From the NCBI GenBank assembly GCA_043817715.1, contig JBDRGO010000007.1, positions 15,499-79,498 on the forward strand: DNA of 64,000 nucleotides. Direction: 5' to 3'. How positions within the stretch are numbered: the stretch's first letter is position 1; each line of letters begins with the position of its first letter. Below, in pieces: positions 18,180 through 28,457 of the stretch. Origin of the DNA: Candidatus Iainarchaeum sp. GTDB taxonomy: Archaea > Iainarchaeota > Iainarchaeia > Iainarchaeales > JAFGBZ01. Below the pieces are notes generated by a model, which saw only the letters and a list, made by a program, of their open reading frames with translations, was not told where the DNA came from and ran no database searches. The position numbers were made by a program, and so were the translations under genes.

Positions 18180-21098
18180 TTAATTTAAATAAATATAGAA
18201 TGCTTCTGAATCCACTTTAAAGAATTCCCCTTGTGAATTGGTTGTTTCCTGAATGAATGAAGGGTGTGAACCTGTTTTTAATTGCTGATAACTTGTTCCT
18301 TGAGTATTAATTAATGCATCATATGCATAATAACTTAAGTTTGAATTAGTGAATGAACCAATTGGCTGACCGTCCTGAGTATCAATATAGTATTTGTTGT
18401 TTTCTTGAATGAAATGCGCTACAAGATAATGTGCAGGATCAGTAAATGAATTTGTAATATCAAAATCTGAATCCTTTGGAGTATAATAAAGCGCGTCAAT
18501 TACTCCGTCTTCAATTCCTGAAGCATTTGGCAGAGAAGTTCCTGAAAAATTAATTGAAGAATTTTTAATGCTTAATGACTGCACTGCAAGCATTAACCAT
18601 AGCCTGTTCAGCATTTTTGCAGGCTTCACTGCATAATATATTGGGTAATCATTTTGCCCCTGCAATCTCAAGCCATACAATGACGGGGTTGCATCAGAAA
18701 TCATGTCCTCTGAAAAAATCATTTTTCCATATGAATTATCAGATGAATCTCCTTTGGTGTTGTAACTCAGTGTTCCTGTTGAATTATTTTTTCTGAATTC
18801 AATTACTCCGTCAACTGAAACCTGCAGTGAATTGCCTGGCTGAATTGAATTCAAAATAAACGGCATTCCATCAGCCAGAAAAGTATTTCCAGCCAAAACT
18901 ATTTGTGTTCCGATTCCTTCAATATTAATTTCTGCTGAATTGAAATCAACTGAATTAATTGTCCATTTTCTTTCATTAATGTAATCCTGATTATTGACTG
19001 TTAAATTATAATCTCTCATGAATGAACTGCTTGAGCCATAATTCACTTTAAACCAGATTGTTTTTGAATCAAATTCAAATGTTGAGCCTTCTTCTGAATC
19101 ATCCAGTTCCAATGCAAAAGGAATTCTGTGAACAATATTCTGGCTGTCTTTGAATTCAATTCCTGAAGAAGTTGAATTGCTTGAATCATAATCTCCTAAT
19201 TTCATTGTAACAGGAATTACCTGAATTGAAACTGTTCCAGTGTTGCTTCCCTGCACGCCGTCCAATGAATGATAAGTGAATGAATCTGTTCCGGCAAATC
19301 CGGCGAAAGGAGTGTATGTTGCAGTGCATGCAGTTAAACCAACATTTCCATGTGCAGGAGGCGATAAAATCAGGCAATTTAAAGCAGTGCCGTCAGGGTC
19401 AAATGTATTCAGGTCAAAAACAAGGTAATTGTTTTCACTTACAGATAAATTCATGTCATATGCAATCGGCACTGCATTTGCCAGAACAGTTAAATCAACC
19501 CTTACTGAATCACTGATATATTGCCCGTCTGAAACTTTGTAAGTGAAATAATCTGTTCCTGAATAATTGTATACAGGATGATAATTTGCAGTGCAGTTAT
19601 TTATTGATAAAGTCCCATGCGAAACAGAAGAATTAACCGAACAGGTTAATGCATCCCCGTCAGCATCAAATACATTCAATGCAAAAGCAATCGGAGTGGC
19701 TTTATTCACTGTAACTGACTGAGGATAACCAACAGGGGAACTGCTGCCCTGACTAACAAGTATTGTTACCTGAACAGGCCCAACAGAATACTGATTGTCA
19801 GATACAGAATAAGTAAAATAATCTGTTCCTGAAAAATTTGCATCAGGAGAATAAGTTGCCCCGCATCCAGTGGCCCAAGTATATGAATCAATGATTAGTG
19901 TTCCATGCTGAGGAGAAGAATTTACTGAACAGTTAACCAAATCATTTTCTGAATCATGCACATCCAAATCAAAAACCAATGCCATGTTTTTGTTTGCCTG
20001 CTTTGATTGAACAGAAGCAGTCGGCGGATTGTTTGCATTCAAAGTAGTGACAGTAATTGTTATTTCTGCTGTATCGCTGTCTGCTTTTCCGTCGCTTGCA
20101 TAATATTCGATTAAATCAGTTCCTGAAAAATTTGCATCAGGAACATAAGTTAAAACACAATTCTGAATTGCTGATGTTCCATGCAATGAATTTCTTTTAA
20201 TAAAACAAGTTAATGCATCATTGTCCGAATCAGATGCATTAAGCGTTAAAGTTCTTGAATTATTAATTGCTGTCGATAAATTCATTGAATTAGCAATTGG
20301 CTTATGGTTCGGAGAAACAACAGCAATTGTTATTGTAGCTAATCCGCTGTTGTTTTTTCCGTCAAATGCATAATAGTTAACGAAGTCAGCCCCAAGATAA
20401 CTTATATTCGGAGTGTAGAAAATTACGCAATTCTGAATTACTGCGGTTCCATGCTCAGGCCCTGAATCAATAAAGCAGTTTAAATCATTGTTTTCAGGAT
20501 CTGAAACAATTAAAGCAATTGTTCTAGTTTGAGCTTTATAAGTAACTGGATCGAAACCTGCGCCATAAATTATTCTGCTGTTTTCAGCAGTAATTGCCTG
20601 ATTTTGGGCTTCAGGCGGGAAATTTATTTCTTCCTGCACTGGCGAAACCAAATTGTTTCCTATTGCATCTGTTCCAAGCAGTCCTGAAAAATTTGTTTTA
20701 ATGAAATCAGTTACTGCAAAATTGTTTCCCATAGGGTTGGAAAGAATAAAGTAAAGCGAAGCCGAGCCAAGAATAAACATAAATCCTAAAAGCAATACTG
20801 AAGCAGATAAAATCAATACAACCTGAATCGGGATTTTCTGGGTGTTTAAAAGCTTTTTTCCTTTTTCAGTCAATTCATAGTATTTCCATTTTCTTCCTTC
20901 ATCAATCTGATGGATTAACTGGCTTTCCTCCAAAAGCTCTAAATGCCTTTTCATGCTTGCAAGAGAAATATTCCTTTTGGCAGCAAGTTCAGTCAAAGTA
21001 TGCCTTCGTTCATATAATGACTTAAGTATTTCAGTTCTTGCCTCTGAAGAAAGCGCCTTGAATTCATCTGAAGAAATAGTTAATTGCTCTTGTTCCAT
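18180..21098 (-). CDS. ArsR-family wHTH + transmembrane helix + tandem Ig-like (Big_9/cadherin-like) repeats + C-terminal surface domain
   Basis: FKALSSEARTEILKSL...HLELLEESQLI...KWKYYELT; TM VVLILSASVLLLGFMFILG; about five repeats of D-x-D-x-D-x-L...P-x-HGT...Y-x-P...GTD-x-F-x-Y. Confidence 0.82.
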   Translation of the reverse strand: MEQEQLTISSDEFKALSSEARTEILKSLYERRHTLTELAAKRNISLASMKRHLELLEESQLIHQIDEGRKWKYYELTEKGKKLLNTQKIPIQVVLILSASVLLLGFMFILGSASLYFILSNPMGNNFAVTDFIKTNFSGLLGTDAIGNNLVSPVQEEINFPPEAQNQAITAENSRIIYGAGFDPVTYKAQTRTIALIVSDPENNDLNCFIDSGPEHGTAVIQNCVIFYTPNISYLGADFVNYYAFDGKNNSGLATITIAVVSPNHKPIANSMNLSTAINNSRTLTLNASDSDNDALTCFIKRNSLHGTSAIQNCVLTYVPDANFSGTDLIEYYASDGKADSDTAEITITVTTLNANNPPTASVQSKQANKNMALVFDLDVHDSENDLVNCSVNSSPQHGTLIIDSYTWATGCGATYSPDANFSGTDYFTYSVSDNQYSVGPVQVTILVSQGSSSPVGYPQSVTVNKATPIAFALNVFDADGDALTCSVNSSVSHGTLSINNCTANYHPVYNYSGTDYFTYKVSDGQYISDSVRVDLTVLANAVPIAYDMNLSVSENNYLVFDLNTFDPDGTALNCLILSPPAHGNVGLTACTATYTPFAGFAGTDSFTYHSLDGVQGSNTGTVSIQVIPVTMKLGDYDSSNSTSSGIEFKDSQNIVHRIPFALELDDSEEGSTFEFDSKTIWFKVNYGSSSSFMRDYNLTVNNQDYINERKWTINSVDFNSAEINIEGIGTQIVLAGNTFLADGMPFILNSIQPGNSLQVSVDGVIEFRKNNSTGTLSYNTKGDSSDNSYGKMIFSEDMISDATPSLYGLRLQGQNDYPIYYAVKPAKMLNRLWLMLAVQSLSIKNSSINFSGTSLPNASGIEDGVIDALYYTPKDSDFDITNSFTDPAHYLVAHFIQENNKYYIDTQDGQPIGSFTNSNLSYYAYDALINTQGTSYQQLKTGSHPSFIQETTNSQGEFFKVDSEAFYIYLN

Positions 21099-21143
21099 CA
21101 AATCAAATACCCAGTTAGTAATAAATATAAGCATTCCCTTCAA

Positions 21144-21421
21144 TTAAAAAAGATTTTTTTAACAAAAACCAGGCTAACAAAAAACAAAGGTTTAAAAAGG
21201 AAGAGAAAAAACAGGGTTTTTTAAGAAATTTAAGTAAAAAAATAATAATTATAAATGCATTTAATTGAAAGGGCAAGAAATATAAACAGTTTCCTGTAAA
21301 ATAATCATTCAACAGTAGTAAAAAATACTTGCTAAGGGGGAAAATTTATGAAAAGTAAATTAATGTATGCATCTTTTTTAATTATTTTAATGGTATTGCT
21401 TGTTTCGGTTTTTGCAGTAAA
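21144..21421 (+). repeat. Duplicated promoter + signal-peptide block, copy 1
   Basis: 21144-21198 identical to 22823-22877; 21348-21421 matches 23004-23077 with one mismatch. Confidence 0.9.
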
Positions 21422-22643
21422 GGAAATCACTGCAAAGGAAGCAATCAGTCCAAAATCAATTGTGGTTTGTGGAGACACAATAACAGAGGACACGAATTTA
21501 ACAAACGACTTAATTGATTGTGGTGGAAGAGGATTAATTATTGAAGGAAATAATATTACTTTGGATTGCCAGGACCATTTAATTGATGGAACTGAAATCA
21601 GCAACTCAAAAGGAATTTATTTGAACACCGTAACAGGAACCACTGTTGAAAATTGTAGAATAAGTGAATTCGATTTTGGAATTTATTTAGAGAATTCAAA
21701 TTATAATACAATAATTAATAACAATTCATATAACAACGGATATTTTGGAATTTTTTTATGGCAATCACACGGCAACGCTTTAATAGACAATAATACATCC
21801 AATAACGACTCGGACGGAATTTATTTTGATTCATCAAACAGTAACTTAATAGCAAACCATAATACAAACAACAACGAAAATTGCGGAATATATTTAGGAA
21901 ATTCAAGAAACAACTCAGTGACAAACTCTGTTGCTAATGAAAACGATTGGGCTGGGATTCTTTTAAATTATACCTCAAACAACAACGAGATAACAAACAA
22001 TGTGTTTCAGAATAACAACGAAGGAGTTCGCACAATGAATTCCATGCAAAACATTTTTTATGAAAACATCTTTTCAAACAATACAGAATATAATGCTTAT
22101 GAATCAATGGGCACAAATGACTGGAACAACACAACAACCGGAAATTATTGGGGTGATTTTAATTCAAACCCAGGATATCCAACACACTACGAAATTCCAG
22201 GAAACGGAAACGGAGTTGATTACTTTCCTGACTGGGAATTTGGCCGCAAGGCTGATTTAAATATAACTTTTTTAAAGGCTTCAGTCAGTTCAGTACCATC
22301 AACCCAACAAATAAAAGTGACTTATTTCTTTACAATAAAAAACATTGGAATTATTGATTCAGGAGATTTTTATACAGGAATATTAATTGAAGAAGAAAAT
22401 CTTTCTCCAAGCCATATTTCAAACACTACACCAAAAGAAGCTTATGCTCCAAATAATTCAAATCATGTAGCAAAAGAAGCTTATACTTCAAATCTTGCAC
22501 CGACAGAATCAATAACCATTATGCGGGAAGCAATTCTTGACAACGGAAGTTATACAATAACTGCAACCGCTGACAACAGAATGCAGGTTGATGAATTAAA
22601 TGAATCAAATAACACTGCAACAATCCATATAGAAGAAAATTAA
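21348..22643 (+). CDS. Secreted parallel beta-helix (NosD/CASH-like) protein with C-terminal CARDB domain
   Basis: Signal peptide; CGDTITED..ITLDCQ; Asn-ladder GI-x-L repeats; GNYWGDF; ADL...D-x-x-x-x-V-DELNESNN. Confidence 0.85.
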   Translation: MKSKLMYASFLIILMVLLVSVFAVKEITAKEAISPKSIVVCGDTITEDTNLTNDLIDCGGRGLIIEGNNITLDCQDHLIDGTEISNSKGIYLNTVTGTTVENCRISEFDFGIYLENSNYNTIINNNSYNNGYFGIFLWQSHGNALIDNNTSNNDSDGIYFDSSNSNLIANHNTNNNENCGIYLGNSRNNSVTNSVANENDWAGILLNYTSNNNEITNNVFQNNNEGVRTMNSMQNIFYENIFSNNTEYNAYESMGTNDWNNTTTGNYWGDFNSNPGYPTHYEIPGNGNGVDYFPDWEFGRKADLNITFLKASVSSVPSTQQIKVTYFFTIKNIGIIDSGDFYTGILIEEENLSPSHISNTTPKEAYAPNNSNHVAKEAYTSNLAPTESITIMREAILDNGSYTITATADNRMQVDELNESNNTATIHIEEN

Positions 22644-22822
22644 TTGATTGTAAAAAAAGAGGATTGAAAGCAGGCTTGCCAAAAAATATGTTTGGAGCCA
22701 TGCTTTCAATTCATTTATTCTTCGTTTTTTATTTTTTGTATGCAACATAAATGTCTTGTTCAATCATTTTATTGTTTTTGTGAAAAATAAATATATTTAA
22801 TTTGATAGTGAAAATTAGTTGC

Positions 22823-23077
22823 TTAAAAAAGATTTTTTTAACAAAAACCAGGCTAACAAAAAACAAAGGTTTAAAAATAAGGAAAAAAAGCCAGATTTTT
22901 TAAGAAATTTAATTGAAAAGATACTACTTATAAATTGTTTTACGGAAAATAATCCTTTAACAGTAGTAAAAAAATCACTTATTAATTGGGGGAAGGGACT
23001 TTTATGAAAAATAAATTAATGTATGCATCTTTTTTAATTATTTTAATGGTATTGCTTGTTTCGGTTTTTGCAGTAAA
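22823..23077 (+). repeat. Duplicated promoter + signal-peptide block, copy 2
   Basis: See copy 1 at 21144-21421. Confidence 0.9.
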
Positions 23078-26000
23078 AGGAATGGAATCAATTCCTAAAA
23101 TGAAAACTGAAAGCAGGGAGTCATTTGAACAAAGCACTGTAAAAGAATCAAGTGAAAGTAGTGCTTCAACAAAATCAGGAACTTCAAATATTTCTTCTTC
23201 TACCAGTACTAAAACTGAAAAACCTTTAACCCCAAAAAAACCAATTAAAGAACCTGAAGTTAAACCAAAAAATATTACTGAATATCCTTTTGTTTCAAAT
23301 GTAAATATTGAACCTTATTATGCTAACTCCGGACCAACACTTAATGCTACTTGTACTGATTATGATGGAACAATTGCAAATGCTGAATTTAACTTAAATA
23401 ATTTATCATTTAATTATTCAATGAATGCAGTTGATGGTTTATTTGATGAATCAATTGAAGAAGTAATTGCTTCAGTTCCTACTTTTAATGTAAGCCAAGG
23501 AATAAATGATGGAAATGTTTTTTGCATTGACAATGAAGGAAATGAATCACTTCCTAATACAAACTCTGTTTTTGAATTCTTTTATGATACATTTATACCA
23601 TCCAGCATGAGACAATCAATGCCTCCAAATGGATTGAATGAATGGTTTATTTCTGAAGTTGATGTCGAATTGTTATTTGTAGATGTGGCTCCAAGTTCAG
23701 GACGTAAAGGACTTTATTACTGTCTGGACCAAACAAATTCCTGTTCTCCAAATATTGATGAAAACGGAATGGTTTCAATCACTGATGAAGGAATAAATTA
23801 TTTAAGAGTTTATTCTGAAGACAATGCAGGAAACCAATCCAATACTTATCCTGCCATATATAAAATTGATTTAACTAATCCTTATGGACAAGAAATTTAT
23901 TTTACTAGTGCAAACAATTACGGAGATGTAACTGTTTCATTAAATCCAGGAACAGATGATGTTTCTGATGTGAATTACTGTCAATTAAGATGGGAAGAAG
24001 AAATTCCTTGGTTACCTGTTGGATTAGAAACCAGTGCTTCATATAATTATTCTCCTGGAACACATACAGCTTTTTATAAATGCTTTGATGAAGCAGGAAG
24101 AGAAAGCGAAACAGTTTCAGATACAATAATTATTACTGATAATAATCAATTTGATTTATTCATTGATAATGGTTACATTCCTAATCCTCCTCTTTTTGAT
24201 GATGAAAATGTTTTCATTGTAGTCACTCTCCATAATACAGGGGACATAGCTAGATTAGTGCCTAGTGAAACATATCTTGATAATGAACTTCAAGGCACAC
24301 CACATTATCAATGGTATTTTCCATCAGGAACATCAGATCTTTGGATTGGATTTGAACCCCTAGAAGCCGGAGACCATAATTTAACAATAATTACAGACAG
24401 CACTAATGATTATAATGAATCAAATGAAGAAAACAATGTATTCGAATTTATTTTCAATGTAATGGCTCACACACAACCAGAAATTCAATGCGGAGACACA
24501 ATAACAGAAGACACGAATTTGAATAATGATTTATTGAATTGTAATGAACATGGATTAATTATTGGAGCGAATAATATTACTTTAGACTGCCGGGGGCATG
24601 TAATTGACGGAAACAACAGATATATTCAGCATGGAATTTACTTAAACTACAAGAACGGAAACACTGTCAAAAACTGCAATATACAACAATTTAGCTCCGG
24701 AATTTCATTAATCCGAAGTTCAAATAATACTCTTACAAATAACAACCTAAACAATAACGAGTATGGAATCCAAATTCAGAACGCGAGCAATAATACATTA
24801 ACGAATAACAATGCAAACAATAATTATTCTGGAATTCAATTAAGTGACTCAAACAGAAATACATTAACAGACAATAATGCAAACAACAATTATTCCGGAA
24901 TCAGGCTTCAATTTACAAGCAATAACACATTAACGAATAATACCGCAAATGATAATAACAGCATTGGAATTTATTTAAGCTTTTCAGGCAATAATACTTT
25001 AACAAACAATAATGCAAACAACAATTATTCCGGAATTCAACTAAGTGACTCTAACTATAATACCTTCACAAGCAATATTATAAAAAATAACTCTAATTAC
25101 GGAGTGGAATTTTTTGAGTATTATTTCTCCATTTTACCACACAACATTTTTTCAGGCAATTTTTTCATAGACAATTATATTAATGCCCGTGAAGACGTAA
25201 ATCACCTCTTCAACGACTGGAATTCCGGTTTAACCGGAAACTACTGGAGCGACTTCAATAACGATAACCCAGGATATCCAAATTACTATGAAATCCCTGG
25301 ACCAGGAAACGGAATTGATTATCATCCAACAGGACCAACACAAGAAATCCAATGCGGAGATACAATAACAGAAGACACGAATTTGAATAATGAGTTACTG
25401 AATTGTACTGGAAATGGATTAATTATTGATGCAAATAATATTACATTGGATTGTCAAGGACATTTAATTGATGGAGAAGGAAGCAATTACGGAATCACTA
25501 TTAGTAACAAACATGGAATTACCATTCAAAACTGTAACATAAGGGCATTTGATGACGGAATAAGATTATATTCCAGCAACAACAATTTCATTCATAATAA
25601 CAATATTATAAACACAAACATAGCAATAGATGTTTACTCATCCAGTACAAACACAATTTCCAACAATACCATTCCAAACAACCTTGACGGAATATACCTT
25701 CGCTACTCCAGCAACAACAATCTTGTATCAAACAATACAATTGTAAACAACCAGCAAGGATTATATTTGCTTGAAAACTCAAAATATAATACTTTTTGGA
25801 ATAACACATTGCTTAACAATATTATAAATGCATCTGAAGCCCATAGTTCAGCAAGCCCTAACGACTGGAATTCAGGAACTGTTGGAAACTACTGGAGTGA
25901 TTTTAACACAAACCCAGGATATCCTAATTACTATGAAATCACTGGACCAGGACAAGGAATTGATTGGCATCCAACAGGACCAACACAAGAAATCCAATGC

Positions 26001-28295
26001 GGAACAACAATAATGCAGGACACAAATTTAACAAACGATTTACTGGATTGCAATGGAAACGGATTAATTATTGGCGCAAATAATATTACGCTGGATTGCC
26101 AAGGGCATTTAATCGATGGAAATTGGAATGATTATGGAAAGTTCGGAATTTATCTTGAAGGAAAGCAAAATATTAATATAAAGAACTGCAATATACAAAA
26201 ATTTTATCGTGGAATTTATTTATTCCTATCCAACAATAATGTTTTGAATGGCAATAATATCAGTAACACCACTGAGGGAATTAAACTATTTTCAAGCTTT
26301 TACAATATTATAACCAAAAATGTTATAAGCAATAATAATTCTGACGGCGTTAGCTTAGATTATAGCTCAGATAATGAGATAATTAGCAATACCATCAGTA
26401 ACAACGATAATGAAGGCATTAGATTATTTTCCAGTTCCGGAACGGAAATTGTTAGCAACAACATAAATTATAATGACAACGGAATCGGGTTATATCACGG
26501 GTCAACTAATAGATTAATAGACAATAGTATAAGCAATAATAACAATGATGGACTTGGGTTGCATTTTGATTCTATTCATAATAATCTAAGTGGCAATGTA
26601 ATAAACGGTAATGGATATGGCGCGTCCTTAACTTTTGATTCTCGATACAACACTTTCTGGGACAACAACTTCTTGAATAACGGAACCAATGCCTATGAAG
26701 ATTCAAATTCCAATTTCAACGACTGGAATTTAGGAACAACCGGAAATTACTGGAGTGATTTCAACTCAAATCCAGGATATCCAAATTATTACGAAATTTC
26801 CGGACCAGGAAACGGAATAGACTGGCATCCGTTAAATGAAATACCTCCTGAATGCGTTGCTCCAACAGACGGAATGAGCATAACTGAAGACACTGTTTTT
26901 TGTTCGGGAACATATGTTTTGCCTAACGGGATTTCAATTGATGCGGACAATGTTACTTTGGATTGCGACGGGGCGGAATTGGATGGAAACACACTAGTGC
27001 CTCCTCCTAACGAACCTGGATTTGGGATAGAAATACGCGATAAAAGCAATATTGTTATAAATAATTGTAAAATTAAACACTATCCTATTGGACTATTTGC
27101 AAAATTTTCGCAGTCTATACTAAAGAATAGCGAGATAGAAAACAATTCAACAGGGGCATTACTCGGAGGTAACGAAAACGAAGTAATATCCAACTATTTT
27201 AATGAGAATAAAAAAAGTATAGTCATCAAGGACTCTCTAAGAACTAGATTGCAATACAATGAGATAATACCAACTAATTCAAATTATCTTCCTGAAGCAT
27301 TAGAAGTGTGGGGAAGCAATAAGGAAGAATACCAACAAGTTATAGATGAAACAAATTTTATTAATGGAAAACCAATTTTATATTATGATGATATAAACAA
27401 ATTGTGTCCAAATAATCAAACGTTTTCAGATTTAAATAATTATAGCCATATCTCCTTTGTGGGGTGTAATAATATCACAATTGAAGACAACAATTTATAT
27501 GAAAATGATGGAATTTTCCTTTATTACTCAGACGATTTCAATATCTTAAATAATTCAATGGACAAAATACAAATTCTAGTTGAGAAATCAAATAATATTA
27601 ATATATCCAATAATGAAGGGAATAAAACAATCATTGAATTTTTTAAATCAAATAACAACAACATTACCCAAAATTATTTAAATGAAGGGCGTCTCGAGTT
27701 AATGGAGTCTAATAGTAATTACATTTACCTAAACAGCCTAAATGGTGCTAATCAAATAGTGCCAGAAATAGGGTTTTTCATCAATGATTCGAATGACAAC
27801 CAGATCGAAGAAAATAATATTTTCAATTACTACAGAGGAATGTATATTGGCGCTCCTGGAAATAATAACTTTCTTCAGCACAACAATTTTTTCAACAACA
27901 GTTTGTTCAATATCTATTATCAGGGGGAATTTGAAGACATCAACACAGCAAACAACTACTGGGGCACCACCAGCATGCTGGGAATTGCCCAGAAAATTTA
28001 TGATTACTGGGATGATCCATTCAGTGGAATAGGTGAAGTGAATTACTGTCCTTATTTGAATGCACCTGACGGCACTCCAATTGAATGCATTCCATGTGAA
28101 AATGCAGATATTGATGAATCAAATTATGTTAATTCAATGGATTTCGCTTTATGGAGAATTAATAACGGAAGCAGTGACTGTAATGCATCAAATAATTACT
28201 GCAACAGGGCAGACATTGACAGGGACTCTTATGTGAATACAACTGATTTCACTTATTGGAGATTTTATAATGGAAGAACCTGTACAGATGAATAA
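23004..28295 (+). CDS. Giant secreted protein: Ig-like/CARDB domains, multiple NosD-like beta-helix modules, C-terminal dockerin-like domain
   Basis: Signal peptide; ESNEENN CARDB motif; three near-paralogous QCG...GNYWSDF...GID-x-HP modules plus further helices; twin ADID-x-x-x-YVN-x-x-DF repeats at the end. Confidence 0.85.
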   Translation: MKNKLMYASFLIILMVLLVSVFAVKGMESIPKMKTESRESFEQSTVKESSESSASTKSGTSNISSSTSTKTEKPLTPKKPIKEPEVKPKNITEYPFVSNVNIEPYYANSGPTLNATCTDYDGTIANAEFNLNNLSFNYSMNAVDGLFDESIEEVIASVPTFNVSQGINDGNVFCIDNEGNESLPNTNSVFEFFYDTFIPSSMRQSMPPNGLNEWFISEVDVELLFVDVAPSSGRKGLYYCLDQTNSCSPNIDENGMVSITDEGINYLRVYSEDNAGNQSNTYPAIYKIDLTNPYGQEIYFTSANNYGDVTVSLNPGTDDVSDVNYCQLRWEEEIPWLPVGLETSASYNYSPGTHTAFYKCFDEAGRESETVSDTIIITDNNQFDLFIDNGYIPNPPLFDDENVFIVVTLHNTGDIARLVPSETYLDNELQGTPHYQWYFPSGTSDLWIGFEPLEAGDHNLTIITDSTNDYNESNEENNVFEFIFNVMAHTQPEIQCGDTITEDTNLNNDLLNCNEHGLIIGANNITLDCRGHVIDGNNRYIQHGIYLNYKNGNTVKNCNIQQFSSGISLIRSSNNTLTNNNLNNNEYGIQIQNASNNTLTNNNANNNYSGIQLSDSNRNTLTDNNANNNYSGIRLQFTSNNTLTNNTANDNNSIGIYLSFSGNNTLTNNNANNNYSGIQLSDSNYNTFTSNIIKNNSNYGVEFFEYYFSILPHNIFSGNFFIDNYINAREDVNHLFNDWNSGLTGNYWSDFNNDNPGYPNYYEIPGPGNGIDYHPTGPTQEIQCGDTITEDTNLNNELLNCTGNGLIIDANNITLDCQGHLIDGEGSNYGITISNKHGITIQNCNIRAFDDGIRLYSSNNNFIHNNNIINTNIAIDVYSSSTNTISNNTIPNNLDGIYLRYSSNNNLVSNNTIVNNQQGLYLLENSKYNTFWNNTLLNNIINASEAHSSASPNDWNSGTVGNYWSDFNTNPGYPNYYEITGPGQGIDWHPTGPTQEIQCGTTIMQDTNLTNDLLDCNGNGLIIGANNITLDCQGHLIDGNWNDYGKFGIYLEGKQNINIKNCNIQKFYRGIYLFLSNNNVLNGNNISNTTEGIKLFSSFYNIITKNVISNNNSDGVSLDYSSDNEIISNTISNNDNEGIRLFSSSGTEIVSNNINYNDNGIGLYHGSTNRLIDNSISNNNNDGLGLHFDSIHNNLSGNVINGNGYGASLTFDSRYNTFWDNNFLNNGTNAYEDSNSNFNDWNLGTTGNYWSDFNSNPGYPNYYEISGPGNGIDWHPLNEIPPECVAPTDGMSITEDTVFCSGTYVLPNGISIDADNVTLDCDGAELDGNTLVPPPNEPGFGIEIRDKSNIVINNCKIKHYPIGLFAKFSQSILKNSEIENNSTGALLGGNENEVISNYFNENKKSIVIKDSLRTRLQYNEIIPTNSNYLPEALEVWGSNKEEYQQVIDETNFINGKPILYYDDINKLCPNNQTFSDLNNYSHISFVGCNNITIEDNNLYENDGIFLYYSDDFNILNNSMDKIQILVEKSNNINISNNEGNKTIIEFFKSNNNNITQNYLNEGRLELMESNSNYIYLNSLNGANQIVPEIGFFINDSNDNQIEENNIFNYYRGMYIGAPGNNNFLQHNNFFNNSLFNIYYQGEFEDINTANNYWGTTSMLGIAQKIYDYWDDPFSGIGEVNYCPYLNAPDGTPIECIPCENADIDESNYVNSMDFALWRINNGSSDCNASNNYCNRADIDRDSYVNTTDFTYWRFYNGRTCTDE

Positions 28296-28297
28296 AG

Positions 28298-28375
28298 CAC
28301 AAAAGAACAGGCAGTAAAACACAACAAAAGGAACATGCAGTTAAAACACAACAAAAGAGAATGCAATTAATTGCA
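28298..28375. repeat. Short imperfect tandem repeat ending in a palindrome
   Basis: gcagt(t)aaaacacaacaaaag twice, then tgcaattaattgca. Confidence 0.6.
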
Positions 28376-28457
28376 GTCCTTTGCTTTTGAATTAACTAAA
28401 AGCAATTCCTTTTTATTTTTCTTGTTTATATTCTTTTTAATTAACTAAAGTGGTTTT

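Noticed and set aside
21348..28295. Diversity-generating retroelement acting on the repeated beta-helix modules
   Set aside because: No reverse transcriptase in the window and I saw no adenine-restricted template/variable repeat pair.
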